A program made the position numbers and the translations under genes. A DNA stretch of 64,000 bases from positions 1-64,000 of the forward strand of contig JBOFUV010000101.1 of assembly GCA_051652765.1 (NCBI GenBank), given 5' to 3'. This document shows, one piece after another, positions 19,486 through 30,449 of this stretch (the stretch's first letter is position 1; the number at the start of each line of letters is the position of its first letter). The notes below the pieces were generated by a model, which was not told where the DNA came from, did not search any database, and was given only the letters and a program-made list of their open reading frames with translations. This DNA is from Microcoleaceae cyanobacterium. GTDB taxonomy: Bacteria; Cyanobacteriota; Cyanobacteriia; Cyanobacteriales; Microcoleaceae.

Positions 19486-20103
19486 ATGCGATCGCCACCA
19501 CAGCGTTCTAGTTTAAACTCTGCTTTTGTGAGTGGCGATGTCACAATTGACCCTAATGCCGTGATCGCCCCCGGAGCAATTCTTCAGGCCAATCCAGAAG
19601 CTCGGATTATTATTGCGGCGGGGGTCTGTGTTGGGATGGGTGCAATCTTACATGCTTATAATGGCACCTTGGCAGTTGAAACCGGAGTCAGTATTGGAGC
19701 GAGAGCTTTAATCCGAGGAGCCGTGAATATTGGGGCAAATTCCTGTATCGGGGCTGAGGCAACCATACTAGACTGTGCAATTGCACCGAGCGAGATCGTT
19801 CCAGCACGGGCTTTGGTAGGAGATCAGTCTCGCCAAGTTGACCTCTTTGATCCCTCCGATTCGGCTGCAGCCTCAACTCATTCAAAGACTGCAGCCGTGT
19901 CAAGTTTGGACTCCTCTGATCACATTACATCGAACCGACCAGAACCTACTCTTAGCCCAACATCTACTGAAACAGTTGCATCAGATACCGAGATCTCTCG
20001 ACCCAAGGTCTATGGAAAAGAGAACTTGGATCAACTGTTGGATACGCTCTTGCCCCATCGCAAGGCCCTGAAATCTCCCCCAGCAAAAAGCCCATCTGCT
20101 TGA
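19486..20103 (+). CDS. ccmN: Carboxysome assembly protein CcmN
   Basis: Hexapeptide repeats (SGDVTIDPNAVIAPGAILQA), S/T-rich linker, C-terminal encapsulation peptide VYGKENLDQLLDTLLPHR; start at ATG 19486 after GAGG. Confidence 0.93.
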   Translation: MRSPPQRSSLNSAFVSGDVTIDPNAVIAPGAILQANPEARIIIAAGVCVGMGAILHAYNGTLAVETGVSIGARALIRGAVNIGANSCIGAEATILDCAIAPSEIVPARALVGDQSRQVDLFDPSDSAAASTHSKTAAVSSLDSSDHITSNRPEPTLSPTSTETVASDTEISRPKVYGKENLDQLLDTLLPHRKALKSPPAKSPSA

Positions 20104-20203
20104 CGGTCTTCTAGCAAAATCTCTAAATTCTAAGTTACTCAAATCCTTGTTTTCAAGGGCAATCAGTTGCGAAAGAACTAAAGAGGCAAAGCCCCAAAAT
20201 AAT

Positions 20204-20830
20204 TTAATGATGCTCAAAAACATCTTTAAACTGCAATAAGTCAAGGGTGACAATTGTCGGCAAGCAAGTAAAACAGTGCTGGGCCAACTCTAACCGTTCT
20301 TCCCGCTCCAACATCGTCACGAGTTTCTGTTGTGCTTGGAGCAAGTAACGCACATCATTTGCTGCATAGTTCAGTTGCTCCTCGGATAAGTTCCCCACAT
20401 TTCCCCAGTCAGAGCTTTGGGAGGTTTTGTCGAGTTCTACTCCTTCTAGTTCTTGAACAACATCTTTTAACCCATGCTTCCCCGTGTAGGTTCGAGCGAG
20501 TTTACTGGCAATTTTAGTACAGAAAATCGGGTTAACAAAAATATTCAAAGCATACCGAAGTGTTGCCAAATCAAATCGAGCAAAATGAAAAACTTTGAGA
20601 ATTTGATCGGCTTCTAGAAGTTTCTTTAAGTTTGGTGCTTCGGTTTGACCTTTTGCAATTCGAATGGCTGTGACTTGACCCTTGGAATCACAGATTTGAA
20701 CGAGGCAAAGGCGATCGCGCCAAGGCATTAATCCCATGGTTTCTGTATCAACAGCTAGGGCTTCAGCAGTAAAATAATTGGCTAATAAATCACTGGGCAA
20801 ATCACGATCACAAACCGAAAATTGAGTCAT
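20204..20830 (-). CDS. rnd: Ribonuclease D-like 3'-5' exonuclease
   Basis: DEDDy motifs AVDTET, FHFARFD, YAANDV, QSSDWG. Confidence 0.88.
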   Translation of the reverse strand: MTQFSVCDRDLPSDLLANYFTAEALAVDTETMGLMPWRDRLCLVQICDSKGQVTAIRIAKGQTEAPNLKKLLEADQILKVFHFARFDLATLRYALNIFVNPIFCTKIASKLARTYTGKHGLKDVVQELEGVELDKTSQSSDWGNVGNLSEEQLNYAANDVRYLLQAQQKLVTMLEREERLELAQHCFTCLPTIVTLDLLQFKDVFEHH

Positions 20831-20832
20831 AG

Positions 20833-21450
20833 TTATCGATTGCGGACGAAAATCTGAGTGAAATAATACTCTCCCTTGGCATTACGAGCAACTCCAACTC
20901 CAGTGAAGGTGTAGTCTCCTTCCATATTCTGGCGGTGGCCATCACTTTTAATCCAGCCGTTTACGGCTTCAAGCTCGGGGTGAGCATAGCCTGAGTTGAA
21001 TGCAACATTTTCAGCAATTGCTTGATAGGGAATCCCTTGACCAATGACTTGTGCTCGAGTTTTAAACCCAGCGTGGCCCATGGATACAGCTCCCTTTGCC
21101 ATCGATTGACTGTGACGACGACATTGCTCTGTAATCCGACTATCAAGTTTTAAGGCGGACAGATTCTTGGACGCTCGGTATTCATTAACCTGCTTATGGG
21201 CTAACGTTTCGAGTTTTTCAAGTTGAGGAACTTGAGCTATGGGCAAGGCTGTTGAACGTCCCGGCATTGAGATATTGATCGGGTTAACAGACTGATTGGG
21301 CATGTATTGATGCCCTAAAAGCTCATGTCCTAAAAGCTTATGTCCTGAAAATAAGGTTGCAGCTACAGCAGTTAGCGTCCAAAATTGTGCCATCGGAAAT
21401 TGATAACGACCCATTTTTTTTCTAATTTTTTCTTCTAAGAATTCAGCCAC
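20833..21450 (-). CDS. CAP/SCP domain protein (start may be 21414)
   Basis: [35 protein letters not shown]. Confidence 0.88.
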   Translation of the reverse strand: MAEFLEEKIRKKMGRYQFPMAQFWTLTAVAATLFSGHKLLGHELLGHQYMPNQSVNPINISMPGRSTALPIAQVPQLEKLETLAHKQVNEYRASKNLSALKLDSRITEQCRRHSQSMAKGAVSMGHAGFKTRAQVIGQGIPYQAIAENVAFNSGYAHPELEAVNGWIKSDGHRQNMEGDYTFTGVGVARNAKGEYYFTQIFVRNR

Positions 21451-22676
21451 TTGGCAACAGTTTGAACATCTTTATCGCCCCGCCCTGAACAGTTCAACAC
21501 AATGCGTGGGCTGCTTGTCAGTTGCGGGCAGAGTTTTTCTAAGTAGGCGATCGCATGGGCCGTTTCCAGGGCTGGGATAATCCCTTCCAAGCCGGACAAT
21601 CGTTGTAAGGCCTCTAAGGCTTCCTGATCCGTAACCGCATAGTACTCAGCGCGACCCGAGTCTTTGAGATAACTATGTTCTGGGCCAACACCAGGATAAT
21701 CTAGCCCAGCACTAATGGAATGGGGTTCAATCACTTGGCCGTCGTCGTCTTGCAACAGATAGCTCATAGCTCCATGCAAAACCCCAACTCGACCTGCGGT
21801 GAGAGTCGCTGCGTGTTTCCCGGTCTCGACCCCTGACCCAGCGGCTTCCACTCCAATCAACCGCACTGTAGGCTCCTGCACAAATTCATGAAAGAGTCCC
21901 ATGGCATTCGATCCACCCCCGACGCAAGCCAGGAGAATGTCAGGCAAGCCCCCCCATTTTTCCAAACATTGGGCGCGGGTTTCCTGGCCAATCACAGCAT
22001 GAAAATCTCGCACCATCATCGGATAGGGATGAGGCCCCGCAACTGAACCCAGAATGTAGTGGGTTGTTTCTACGTTTGTTACCCAATCTCGAATGGCCTC
22101 TGAGGTTGCATCCTTCAAGGTTCCAGTGCCAGCCTCAACGGGTTTAACTTCCGCGCCTAACAAATGCATTCTCAAAACATTGAGGGCTTGACGTTCCATG
22201 TCTTGCACTCCCATGTAGATAATGCAATCTAAGCCAAACCGAGCGCAGACAGTTGCCGTTGCCACACCATGCTGTCCGGCTCCTGTTTCCGCGATAATCC
22301 GTTGCTTGCCCATTTTCAATGCCAGCAGCGCTTGGGCCAGAGCATTGTTGATTTTATGGGCTCCAGTGTGATTCAGATCTTCCCGCTTCAAATAAATCTG
22401 TGGCCCTGTTCCATCCGGTCGCGCATAATGTTGGGTCAGGCGTTCAGCAAAATAGAGCGGACTAGGACGACCCACATAATCCTTGAGTAACTGCTGGAGT
22501 TTGTGTTGAAAATCCGGCTCATGCCGATAGTGCTTGAAGGCAGCTTCCAATTCAGCGAGGGCAGGCATCAACGTTTCAGGTACGTACTTACCGCCAAATT
22601 GGCCAAAACGTCCCAGGGTGTCGGGAACTTGAGGGGAGAACTGTTGAGAACTCAGAGGCAGGGGAGTCGTAGTCAT
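21435..22676 (-). CDS. trpB: Tryptophan synthase beta chain
   Basis: [15 protein letters not shown] (PLP Lys), [22 protein letters not shown]. Confidence 0.98.
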   Translation of the reverse strand: MTTTPLPLSSQQFSPQVPDTLGRFGQFGGKYVPETLMPALAELEAAFKHYRHEPDFQHKLQQLLKDYVGRPSPLYFAERLTQHYARPDGTGPQIYLKREDLNHTGAHKINNALAQALLALKMGKQRIIAETGAGQHGVATATVCARFGLDCIIYMGVQDMERQALNVLRMHLLGAEVKPVEAGTGTLKDATSEAIRDWVTNVETTHYILGSVAGPHPYPMMVRDFHAVIGQETRAQCLEKWGGLPDILLACVGGGSNAMGLFHEFVQEPTVRLIGVEAAGSGVETGKHAATLTAGRVGVLHGAMSYLLQDDDGQVIEPHSISAGLDYPGVGPEHSYLKDSGRAEYYAVTDQEALEALQRLSGLEGIIPALETAHAIAYLEKLCPQLTSSPRIVLNCSGRGDKDVQTVAKWLNS

Positions 22677-22749
22677 TGGAAATCTAACCTTAAACTTTAC
22701 TAATTTACTAATTTACTAAAATTTTGCTAAAAAATGCCACCCATTAAAA

Positions 22750-24567
22750 TTAGGTTCCTAACATTTGTAGCTTGTACAAACCGGCATACATGCCATCTAA
22801 TTCGAGCAGATCTTCATGGCTACCAGACTCAATCAGTTGCCCCCGTTTTAATACTAGGATTCGATCAACGTTCCGAATTGTTGATAGACGGTGAGCAATT
22901 ATTATTGCTGTTCTGCCTTCGAGTAATCGGTCTAGGGCATCTTGGACTAAGGCTTCAGTCATGACATCTAAACTTGCAGTTGCTTCATCTAAAACCAGGA
23001 TTTTAGGGTCACGAATTGCTGCTCGGGCAAAGGCTAAAAGTTGTTTTTGACCACTGGATAAGTTTGTTCCCCGCTCTCGCAATTCTGTGTCATAGCCTTG
23101 AGGGAGCTGTTCAATAAACTGAGCGACATTGGTTTTTTCTGCTGCCGCTTGAATCTCATTGAGGGAGTAGGTTTCCCCTAGGCTGATATTACTTTTAACA
23201 TCTCCTGCAAAGATAAATCCATCTTGCAAAATTACACCAACATATTGTCGCAAATCAGTCTGGCGCAGGTCACGAATATCAATGCCATCAACCAAAATCC
23301 GACCCTGACTAACTTCGTACAAGCGACATAATAAACGAATAATTGTACTCTTCCCGGCTCCAGTAGGCCCGACTAAGGCAACTTTCTCTCCTGGACTAAT
23401 CGTAAAGTTCAGATTTTTTAGAACATAGTCATCTGCTTTGTAAGCAAAGGAAACATTGTCAAATTGGATTTTTCCGGAGGACTGGCTTAGGGATAAAAGC
23501 TGGCTATCAGTACCGGGATCGCGAATATCAATCGGTTCATTCATCAAATTACTGACACGCTCAATTGCAGTAAATCCAGATTGAATCGCGGTGAATTTAT
23601 CAGCAAATTGTCGCAGGGGATCGAACAAACGTTGGGCAAATAGAATAAAAGCGGACAGGGTACCAAAACTCAACGTTCCTTGAATAACCTGATTTCCGCC
23701 TAGCCAGAGAACAGCCGCGATCGCCACCAATGCAATCCATTCCAGAGTTGCTGAAACAGCCGAATCGTAGAAAATCGTTGCATCTACGGCTTGGACATAG
23801 CGTTGATTATTTGCTCGGAATAGCTCTGAGTTAAAATGTTCCCGTCGAAAAAGTTGGACAATATTAGCGCCAACTAAATTCTCTTGCAGCTTTGAGTTTA
23901 GATCGGACAATTCTTCCCTGGCTTTATAGTTGGCACTCCGATACCGTTGCTGAAAATAAACGATTAACCCGGCTACCGGAATCATCATTAAAACTAATAG
24001 CAGCGCTAGTTGCCATTGCAGGGTAAACATGGTGACTGCGATTACCAAAATAGAGAATAAATCTCCAAGAATACCAATGGCTCCAGTTGAAAAAACATCT
24101 CCCAGTGCCTCTACATCACTGGTTAATCGTGTGATTAATTTACCAACTGGAGTCCGATCAAAAAACTGGACTGCTAGGGAAGTAACGTGGTGAAATAAAT
24201 CATTCCGAATATCTGTTGTGATTTTTTGTCCAACCTTTTGGACTAAGTAACCCTGGAGAGATTGCAGACCTAGCCGCACCAGAATAGTTAGTAATAACAG
24301 CAATGCAAGCAGGTTTAAACCTTGCTGCAGAGGCAATCCATCTAAAAATTGATAGGTCGGTTCTTGGCGAATCAGAGAAATTGTTTGACCGATTAAAATC
24401 GGTTGGATTGCTCCAGAAAAGGCCAAGGGAACTAAAAGAATGATCGAGATCGCAAGTAACCCTTTGCTCCGTTGGGCATACTTACCTAATCTTGTCAGTA
24501 ATCCCCAGTCGGTTTCACGGGGACGTTCAGAGTTCTGGGAATTGATCAGTGAGGGCAAACCTGTCAT
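22750..24567 (-). CDS. ABC exporter, fused permease/ATPase (MdlB-like)
   Basis: TM domain + GPTGAGKST, LSSGQKQLL, LDEAT, IAHRLST. Confidence 0.93.
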   Translation of the reverse strand: MTGLPSLINSQNSERPRETDWGLLTRLGKYAQRSKGLLAISIILLVPLAFSGAIQPILIGQTISLIRQEPTYQFLDGLPLQQGLNLLALLLLLTILVRLGLQSLQGYLVQKVGQKITTDIRNDLFHHVTSLAVQFFDRTPVGKLITRLTSDVEALGDVFSTGAIGILGDLFSILVIAVTMFTLQWQLALLLVLMMIPVAGLIVYFQQRYRSANYKAREELSDLNSKLQENLVGANIVQLFRREHFNSELFRANNQRYVQAVDATIFYDSAVSATLEWIALVAIAAVLWLGGNQVIQGTLSFGTLSAFILFAQRLFDPLRQFADKFTAIQSGFTAIERVSNLMNEPIDIRDPGTDSQLLSLSQSSGKIQFDNVSFAYKADDYVLKNLNFTISPGEKVALVGPTGAGKSTIIRLLCRLYEVSQGRILVDGIDIRDLRQTDLRQYVGVILQDGFIFAGDVKSNISLGETYSLNEIQAAAEKTNVAQFIEQLPQGYDTELRERGTNLSSGQKQLLAFARAAIRDPKILVLDEATASLDVMTEALVQDALDRLLEGRTAIIIAHRLSTIRNVDRILVLKRGQLIESGSHEDLLELDGMYAGLYKLQMLGT

Positions 24568-24638
24568 TTAAGGTGTCATTAAAGGTGTCATTTAAGGTGT
24601 GTTGAATGTAATGGATACAAGCCCCCCTTAATGTAGCA

Positions 24639-25283
24639 TCAAACTACAGTGAGTAAGTGCGATCGCACCTGTTCGACGACTGTTTTTAAGTGCCCTGGAT
24701 TTAACCGATAACTCAAGGGATGGGCAATCAAATGGGCGGTACTTTCAAACAACACAGCAATTTCAACTAGACCATTTTGTTTTAAGGTTCGACCTGTAGA
24801 AACCAAGTCAACAATCGCCTCTGACATTCCGGTAATTGGCCCCAATTCAACAGAACCATAGAGGGGGATGATTTCAATTGGCAAATCCAGACTTTCAAAG
24901 TATTCGCTGGCACAATGGACAAACTTAGACGCAACTCGGCTGTGGAGCGGGAGTTCAACTGGATTGCGATAGGGGCTAGAGTGCTTGACTGCGACGGACA
25001 TCCGACATTTGCCAAACTTGAGATCAATCAGGGATGCAACTTGAGATTTCTTTTCCCGCAAGACATCATACCCGACAATTCCGAGTTGAGCCTGACCATA
25101 TTCAACATAAACAGGCACATCCTGGGCTCGCACCAAGAGACCCTTGGCCCTGTGAGTCGGATCTTCAATTTGGAGCAAGCGGTTACTATCATCAAGAAAT
25201 ACGCTAAAATCCAGTCCTATTGACTGAAACAGTTGAATACTATCTTCTAGAAGAGCGCCCTTGGGCAGTGCGACGGTGATCAT
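24639..25283 (-). CDS. hisG: ATP phosphoribosyltransferase, short form
   Basis: [35 protein letters not shown]; 214 aa. Confidence 0.95.
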   Translation of the reverse strand: MITVALPKGALLEDSIQLFQSIGLDFSVFLDDSNRLLQIEDPTHRAKGLLVRAQDVPVYVEYGQAQLGIVGYDVLREKKSQVASLIDLKFGKCRMSVAVKHSSPYRNPVELPLHSRVASKFVHCASEYFESLDLPIEIIPLYGSVELGPITGMSEAIVDLVSTGRTLKQNGLVEIAVLFESTAHLIAHPLSYRLNPGHLKTVVEQVRSHLLTVV

Positions 25284-25386
25284 AGAAACTTTGGGGATAA
25301 TCAGGGACTAGAAAAACAAGGACTAGAAAAACAAGGACTAGAAAAAGGGCATAACTCACAAACTTGCTACTCAAACTTATCAGATC

Positions 25387-26028
25387 ATGACCCAATTCAC
25401 CTTGGTTATTGGTAATAAAAACTACTCCTCTTGGTCATTACGTCCTTGGCTGGCAATGAAACAGGCGGGGCTAGAGTTTGATGAAATTCGGATTCCCCTC
25501 GATACTCCCACCCATCAACAAATTCGCCAGTATTCCCCTTCAGGACTTTTTCCGGTGCTGCTGCATGGTGATTTGAGGGTTTGGGAATCTTTATCCATTT
25601 GCGAGTACATTGCGGAAAACTTTGCCCGAGATTTGTGGCCAGAGGATAGAATTGCCCGTGCGATTGCCCGTTCAGTCAGTAGTGAAATGCACACAGGGTT
25701 TCTGAATTTGCGGTTGCAAATGCCGATGGATTGTCGGGGTCGCTATCCCGGTGAAGGCATGAAGCCAGAAGTCAGAACTGATATTGATCGGATTACTTCA
25801 ATCTGGCGAGACTGTCGAGAAACGTTTGGTCACGGAGGAGAATTTTTGTTTGGAAAATTTTCGATTGCTGATGCGATGTTCGCTCCAGTTGTCTCTCGAT
25901 TTATTACCTATGATGTTAAGTTGAGGCCGATAGAACAACAATATGCCAATGCTGTTTGGACACTTCCAGCAATGCAAGCATGGGTGGAAGCGGCTGATCG
26001 AGAGTCTGAATCGATTGACCGCCATTAA
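25387..26028 (+). CDS. Glutathione S-transferase family protein
   Basis: IGNKNYSSWSLRPWL, WESLSICEY, FSIADAMFAPV. Confidence 0.93.
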   Translation: MTQFTLVIGNKNYSSWSLRPWLAMKQAGLEFDEIRIPLDTPTHQQIRQYSPSGLFPVLLHGDLRVWESLSICEYIAENFARDLWPEDRIARAIARSVSSEMHTGFLNLRLQMPMDCRGRYPGEGMKPEVRTDIDRITSIWRDCRETFGHGGEFLFGKFSIADAMFAPVVSRFITYDVKLRPIEQQYANAVWTLPAMQAWVEAADRESESIDRH

Positions 26029-26083
26029 ACTGTTATTAGATTGTGATTAACCTGTGATTAACTTGTGATGAAGGTGAGTATGA

Positions 26084-26764
26084 ATGAGAATTTTGTTGGT
26101 GGATGATGAAGTTGATCTTGTCAACTCTTTAAGCCAGGTTTTAACTCGTGAAGGCTATACCGTAGATGTCGCCTATGAAGGTTCCAGTGGCAAAGATCTA
26201 GCCACTCAGACTCATTATGATCTATTGATTTTAGACTGGATGCTGCCGCAGACATCAGGCTTAGATCTTTGCCGAGAATTGCGTTCAAATTCTAATCCAA
26301 CCCCGATTCTATTTCTGACCGCCAAAGATACATTAGATGATCGAGTTGCAGGCTTGGATGCAGGTGCAGACGACTATTTGGTCAAGCCCTTTGAGCTGCG
26401 TGAATTATTGGCAAGAGTTCGAGCGTTGTTGCGTCGATCTTCTGCTTTAGAACCGTCCAATGATTCTCTGCAATTACAAATCGCAAACTTGGAACTCAAT
26501 ATTGATACTCAACAGGTCTGTCGAGGCGGACGAGTCATTGAACTATCAGAAAAAGAAAGCCAGCTTTTGGCTTTTTTCATTCAACATTCAGGGCAATTAC
26601 TCACCCATCAACAGATCTATCAATCACTCTGGAAAGGGAAAGAAAAACCCAGTAGCAATGTTTTGGCGGCTCAAGTTCGTCTATTGCGACGAAAAATTGA
26701 ACAGTCCGGAGAAGCACCTTTAATTCATACCATTTATGGCAAGGGGTATCGGTTTGGAGAATAA
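26084..26764 (+). CDS. OmpR-family response regulator (RppA/NrsR-like)
   Basis: Intact receiver (VDDE, LDWMLP, KPF) + winged helix SNVLAAQVRLLRRKI...HTIYGKGYRF. Confidence 0.9.
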   Translation: MRILLVDDEVDLVNSLSQVLTREGYTVDVAYEGSSGKDLATQTHYDLLILDWMLPQTSGLDLCRELRSNSNPTPILFLTAKDTLDDRVAGLDAGADDYLVKPFELRELLARVRALLRRSSALEPSNDSLQLQIANLELNIDTQQVCRGGRVIELSEKESQLLAFFIQHSGQLLTHQQIYQSLWKGKEKPSSNVLAAQVRLLRRKIEQSGEAPLIHTIYGKGYRFGE

Positions 26765-26769
26765 TTTCT

Positions 26770-26974
26770 GGCGTTGCTGAATGTAGAGATGAATCTGTCT
26801 GAGTTGTCAGTTTCCTCGCCCCCTAAATTCCCTAATTCTGGGGGACTTTGAGAAGTCTGGCTCCCCCGTTTGGCTGAGCGTTCGACGAGCGTTCGACTGA
26901 GCTCACGCCGAAGTCTCACGACGAAGCCAGAATTGGGGGCTGGGGCGCGAATTCATCCCGTCATTCCGCACTGC
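26770..26974. mobile_element. MITE-like palindromic element with nested small repeats
   Basis: Imperfect terminal IR GCGTTGCTGAATGTAGAGATGAAT / ATTCATCCCGTCATTCCGCACTGC; inner CCCCTAAATTCCCTAATTCTGGGGGA...TCCCCC|insert|CAGAATTGGGGGCTGGGG. Confidence 0.75.
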
Positions 26975-27022
26975 ATTAGTCCTGATTAGATTTGAAGGGT
27001 GAACGTGGAGTGGGTGGGTATC

Positions 27023-28351
27023 TTAAAAGCAAAAGCATTGGCGAGTGGGTAACCATAGCGTAAAGGTTGAACCTTGGCCAACGGTGCTACTCAGGGTAAT
27101 GTTTCCTCCCATCAATTGACAGAGTTTCTTGGTAATCGCTAGTCCCAGACCCAAACCTTCGTATCGGCGAGTCGTTGATTCGTCAACCTGGGTAAAGGGT
27201 TCAAAGATGCGGGATTGCTGATCGGTCGCAATTCCAATTCCGGTATCCCTACAGACAAATATGACAACTTCTAAGTCTGAATCCTTTTGCTGATTTTTTT
27301 TAACATTGCTTGACCCAAGGTTTCCTGTACTATCCTGTTGCAGGTCTAGGGGCAACTGGTTGAGACGGGTGCGTTCAACGGACAAGATGACTGAACCGTT
27401 CTTGGTAAACTTGCAGGCATTATTCAGCAGATGTACCAAACATCTGCGAAGTTTGGCGGGGTCAGTATACATTAGGCTAGGATCGTTGACATAATTCACT
27501 TCTAGCCGATCATGATTTTTTTGGGCTAGGGGTTGAACTTGTTTGATAACCTCCTGAATGAGGGATTTGACTTCAAATTCTTGGAGTTTCAGGTCGATCT
27601 CTACGGTGTCAATCTGGCTCATTTCTAGAATTTCATTCACGAGTTTCAGCAAGTGTTGACCTGCTTGACTAATGGCACAGAGATCAGGAACAAAATCATC
27701 AAGCTGCTGCTCCTCGGCATCGGCTTGAAGTAACTCGCTGTAGCCGATCACAGCGTTCAAGGGAGTTCGCAGTTCATGGCTCATGATCGCCAGGAATTGA
27801 CTTTTGGCTTGACTGGCAACTTCAGCAACTTCTTTCGCTTGAGCTAAATTTTGAACCGATTGTTCTAGGGCGGTTTGGGTGTGTTGGAGGTGGTTCAGGG
27901 TTTGGGTGAGTTCAGCCGTGCGGTTTCTAACTTGGACTTCCAGGTTTTGGGTCAGATGATACACGGTGATGTGGGTGTGGACTCGGGTTAATACTTCTTC
28001 GACTTGATAGGGCTGAGTCAGGTAATCCACTCCTCCAGCTTGAAACACTTTAACCCGATCCAAGTCATCTCCTGGGGCATTCAAAAAAATCACCGGAATC
28101 TCACGGGTTACTGCGGATGCCTTGAACTGTTGACAGACTTGATAACCGTCTATCTCTGGCATTTTAATGGCTAGCAAGATCAGATCAGGGCAGGCGATCG
28201 CGACTGAACGCAGAGCCATGATCCCATTGGCAGCTTGGCGAACGGTGTAGCCGTTGCCAAGCAGGACAGTAGATAGCGCCCTCGAGTGTTCAGGAGGGTC
28301 GTCCACGATGAGAATCTCTGCTCTAGATGGTTGCTCTAAGTCTTCGGTCAT
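27023..28351 (-). CDS. Hybrid histidine kinase with degenerate N-terminal receiver
   Basis: REC-like N-terminus ([16 protein letters not shown]), H-box [10 protein letters not shown] box [22 protein letters not shown]. Confidence 0.88.
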   Translation of the reverse strand: MTEDLEQPSRAEILIVDDPPEHSRALSTVLLGNGYTVRQAANGIMALRSVAIACPDLILLAIKMPEIDGYQVCQQFKASAVTREIPVIFLNAPGDDLDRVKVFQAGGVDYLTQPYQVEEVLTRVHTHITVYHLTQNLEVQVRNRTAELTQTLNHLQHTQTALEQSVQNLAQAKEVAEVASQAKSQFLAIMSHELRTPLNAVIGYSELLQADAEEQQLDDFVPDLCAISQAGQHLLKLVNEILEMSQIDTVEIDLKLQEFEVKSLIQEVIKQVQPLAQKNHDRLEVNYVNDPSLMYTDPAKLRRCLVHLLNNACKFTKNGSVILSVERTRLNQLPLDLQQDSTGNLGSSNVKKNQQKDSDLEVVIFVCRDTGIGIATDQQSRIFEPFTQVDESTTRRYEGLGLGLAITKKLCQLMGGNITLSSTVGQGSTFTLWLPTRQCFCF

Positions 28352-28355
28352 TTCC

Positions 28356-29942
28356 CTAAGCTTGGGTTAGGTGAATAATCTGTTCAAACTCAAACTGCTC
28401 AATTAAATCATTCAACGCTGCGGCAAATGCAGCCTGATCCTCGGGGATATGGGCTACAAGTTCCCGCATTCGGCAATCGTTGCCGATAATCGCAGCTTGG
28501 TGGAGCTGTGCTTGCCACTCAGTTGACATCAAGTGCAAGTCTTCTGGGGTGACTTGCTGTGGAGGGGAATCTGGCGAAGGAGAAGCTAGAGTCTTTGACT
28601 CTTCATAAGTGTACTGAATCCCTAAATACTCGGCCATCTTTGCAAAAATCACCTCTTCTTGAAAGGGTTTAAGAACAATATCGTCACATCCAGAGGCCAG
28701 AATGGCTGATTGTTGCTGTTCTAGGGCATCGGAAGTGAGGGCAATAATGACCGTGGATTGAGCGTTGGGTTGAGACTCGAGTGTAGCTTTGAGTGTAGCT
28801 TTAATTTGCCGAGTCGCTGCGTAGCCATCCATGACTGGCATCCGCATGGCCATCCAAATCAGATGGGGTTTCCAGGATTCCCAGTACTCAATCGCTTGTA
28901 AACCGTTCTTGACCGCTTGAACCTGTTGAAACCCAACAGAGGTCAGGAGACGGACTAAGACTTGGCGATTGGTGGCAACATCATCAACCACTAAAATGCG
29001 ATATTGAGGCTGCCCAGGGGCCAAGCCGCTCACTTGAGGCATTGAGTCTGACTGAATTTCTGTCTTTGAAGCGGGGATGACTGACAGGGTGAACTGAAAG
29101 GTTGTTCCAACTCCAACGGTGCTGTTCAGCGTAATCTGACCCCCCATCAGTCGCACAAATTTCTGACTGATGGTTAGCCCTAAACCTGTTCCCTGGTGCG
29201 ATCGCTGCCCGGTTTCCGTTTGCACAAGTGCGTGAAACAACTGCTTCTGTTCCTCGGGGGAGATCCCTGGGCCAGTGTCTGAGATCTGAAACTTTAGATG
29301 TTTTGAGGGTGGAGAGGAGGAGAAACGACTAATTGTGTCTATCTCTGAGGCTTGATCACCTAGCTCAACTGAAACCTTTAAGACCACTTCGCCGCTTTCA
29401 GTAAATTTAATGGCATTTCCCAGGAGGTTAATCAAGACTTGGCGAAGCTTACCTTCGTCTATTCTAATGAATTGAGGAACATTGGGGGCACATGCTAATT
29501 TCAAGGTTAACCCTTTCGAGTTGGCTTTTAAATGAAAGGTTTGTTTGAGAACTTCCAGGAGTTGATAGAGGTCAAAACTGGATTCCTCCAGAAACATGCG
29601 TCCAGCTTCGATTTTGGACAGATCAAGAATTTTGCCCTGGGCAATGCTCTGACTGGCTTGCAGCAATTTTTGCAGGGGTTGGGTAATCCAGCGAGAGGTT
29701 AAAATACTCAAAAGGCCAATGAATCCCAGGGTTCCTACGCCGAGGAGAATTGTCTGTTGGACGGCGGCGTGGAGTTCTTGGTAAAACAAGGAACGACTAA
29801 AACCACCAAGTAATCCGCAATTGGGAGAACCCAGAATTTTCAAAGGCTCCCAGAATTGGGAGTTTAAGAGCCTTGAAGCCTTGAACGATAGCAGACTTGA
29901 CTTGTGCATACACACACCATTGGGCACGAACGAGGTGGGCAC
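28356..29942 (-). pseudogene. Internally deleted hybrid sensor kinase (partial HAMP fused to HisKA tail, HATPase, Asp-less receiver)
   Basis: RWITQPLQKLLQASQSIAQG joins directly to KILDLSKIEAG; no H-box; receiver HLIWMAMRMP; N-terminus looks non-genic; frame still open. Confidence 0.65.
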
Positions 29943-29987
29943 GAACGAGGGCTGTAATTATTGCCAAGTCAGGTTTTATCCTATGCC

Positions 29988-30224
29988 TTAATGCACTACT
30001 TTGACAGTCAGCTTGTCAAAGTCAGTTTCTAGAGCGTAATGAGTCGCCCTCACAATCGTTCCGTGATTATCGACTTTGATCAACTGCTGTTGTTTCAGAT
30101 CATTCAACCACTCCCGGACGACTTTTTCATGGGTTCCGTGATTGATGGCTAGGCGGGAGACTCGATACCACTTGGGATAGTGTTTAACCAGAAATTTAGC
30201 AATTTCAGCTTGCTTATAATACAT
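29988..30224 (-). CDS. Small hypothetical protein, possible winged-helix
   Basis: MYYKQAEIAKFL...VSRLAINHGTHEKVVREWLNDLKQQQLIKVD pattern. Confidence 0.55.
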   Translation of the reverse strand: MYYKQAEIAKFLVKHYPKWYRVSRLAINHGTHEKVVREWLNDLKQQQLIKVDNHGTIVRATHYALETDFDKLTVKVVH

Positions 30225-30449
30225 TGGTACGCCCCTGACGACTAAATGCACGAAGGAACAATTTACCCCTAGAGTTCCCTAAAAAGCAATCCCAACTTAC
30301 ACCCAAAAAAACCTTTTAACAAAATATTGAGTCCAAGAGGCAAAATTACATCCAAAATTGAGAGAAAAACAAGGATAGGCTAGAAACTTACATCATACTT
30401 TGTATCACATCGATCACAGTTAGGACTGAGCGATCGCCATCAGTGATCG

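Noticed and set aside
26734..26919. 61-aa ORF
   Set aside because: Translation of the MITE/nested repeat.
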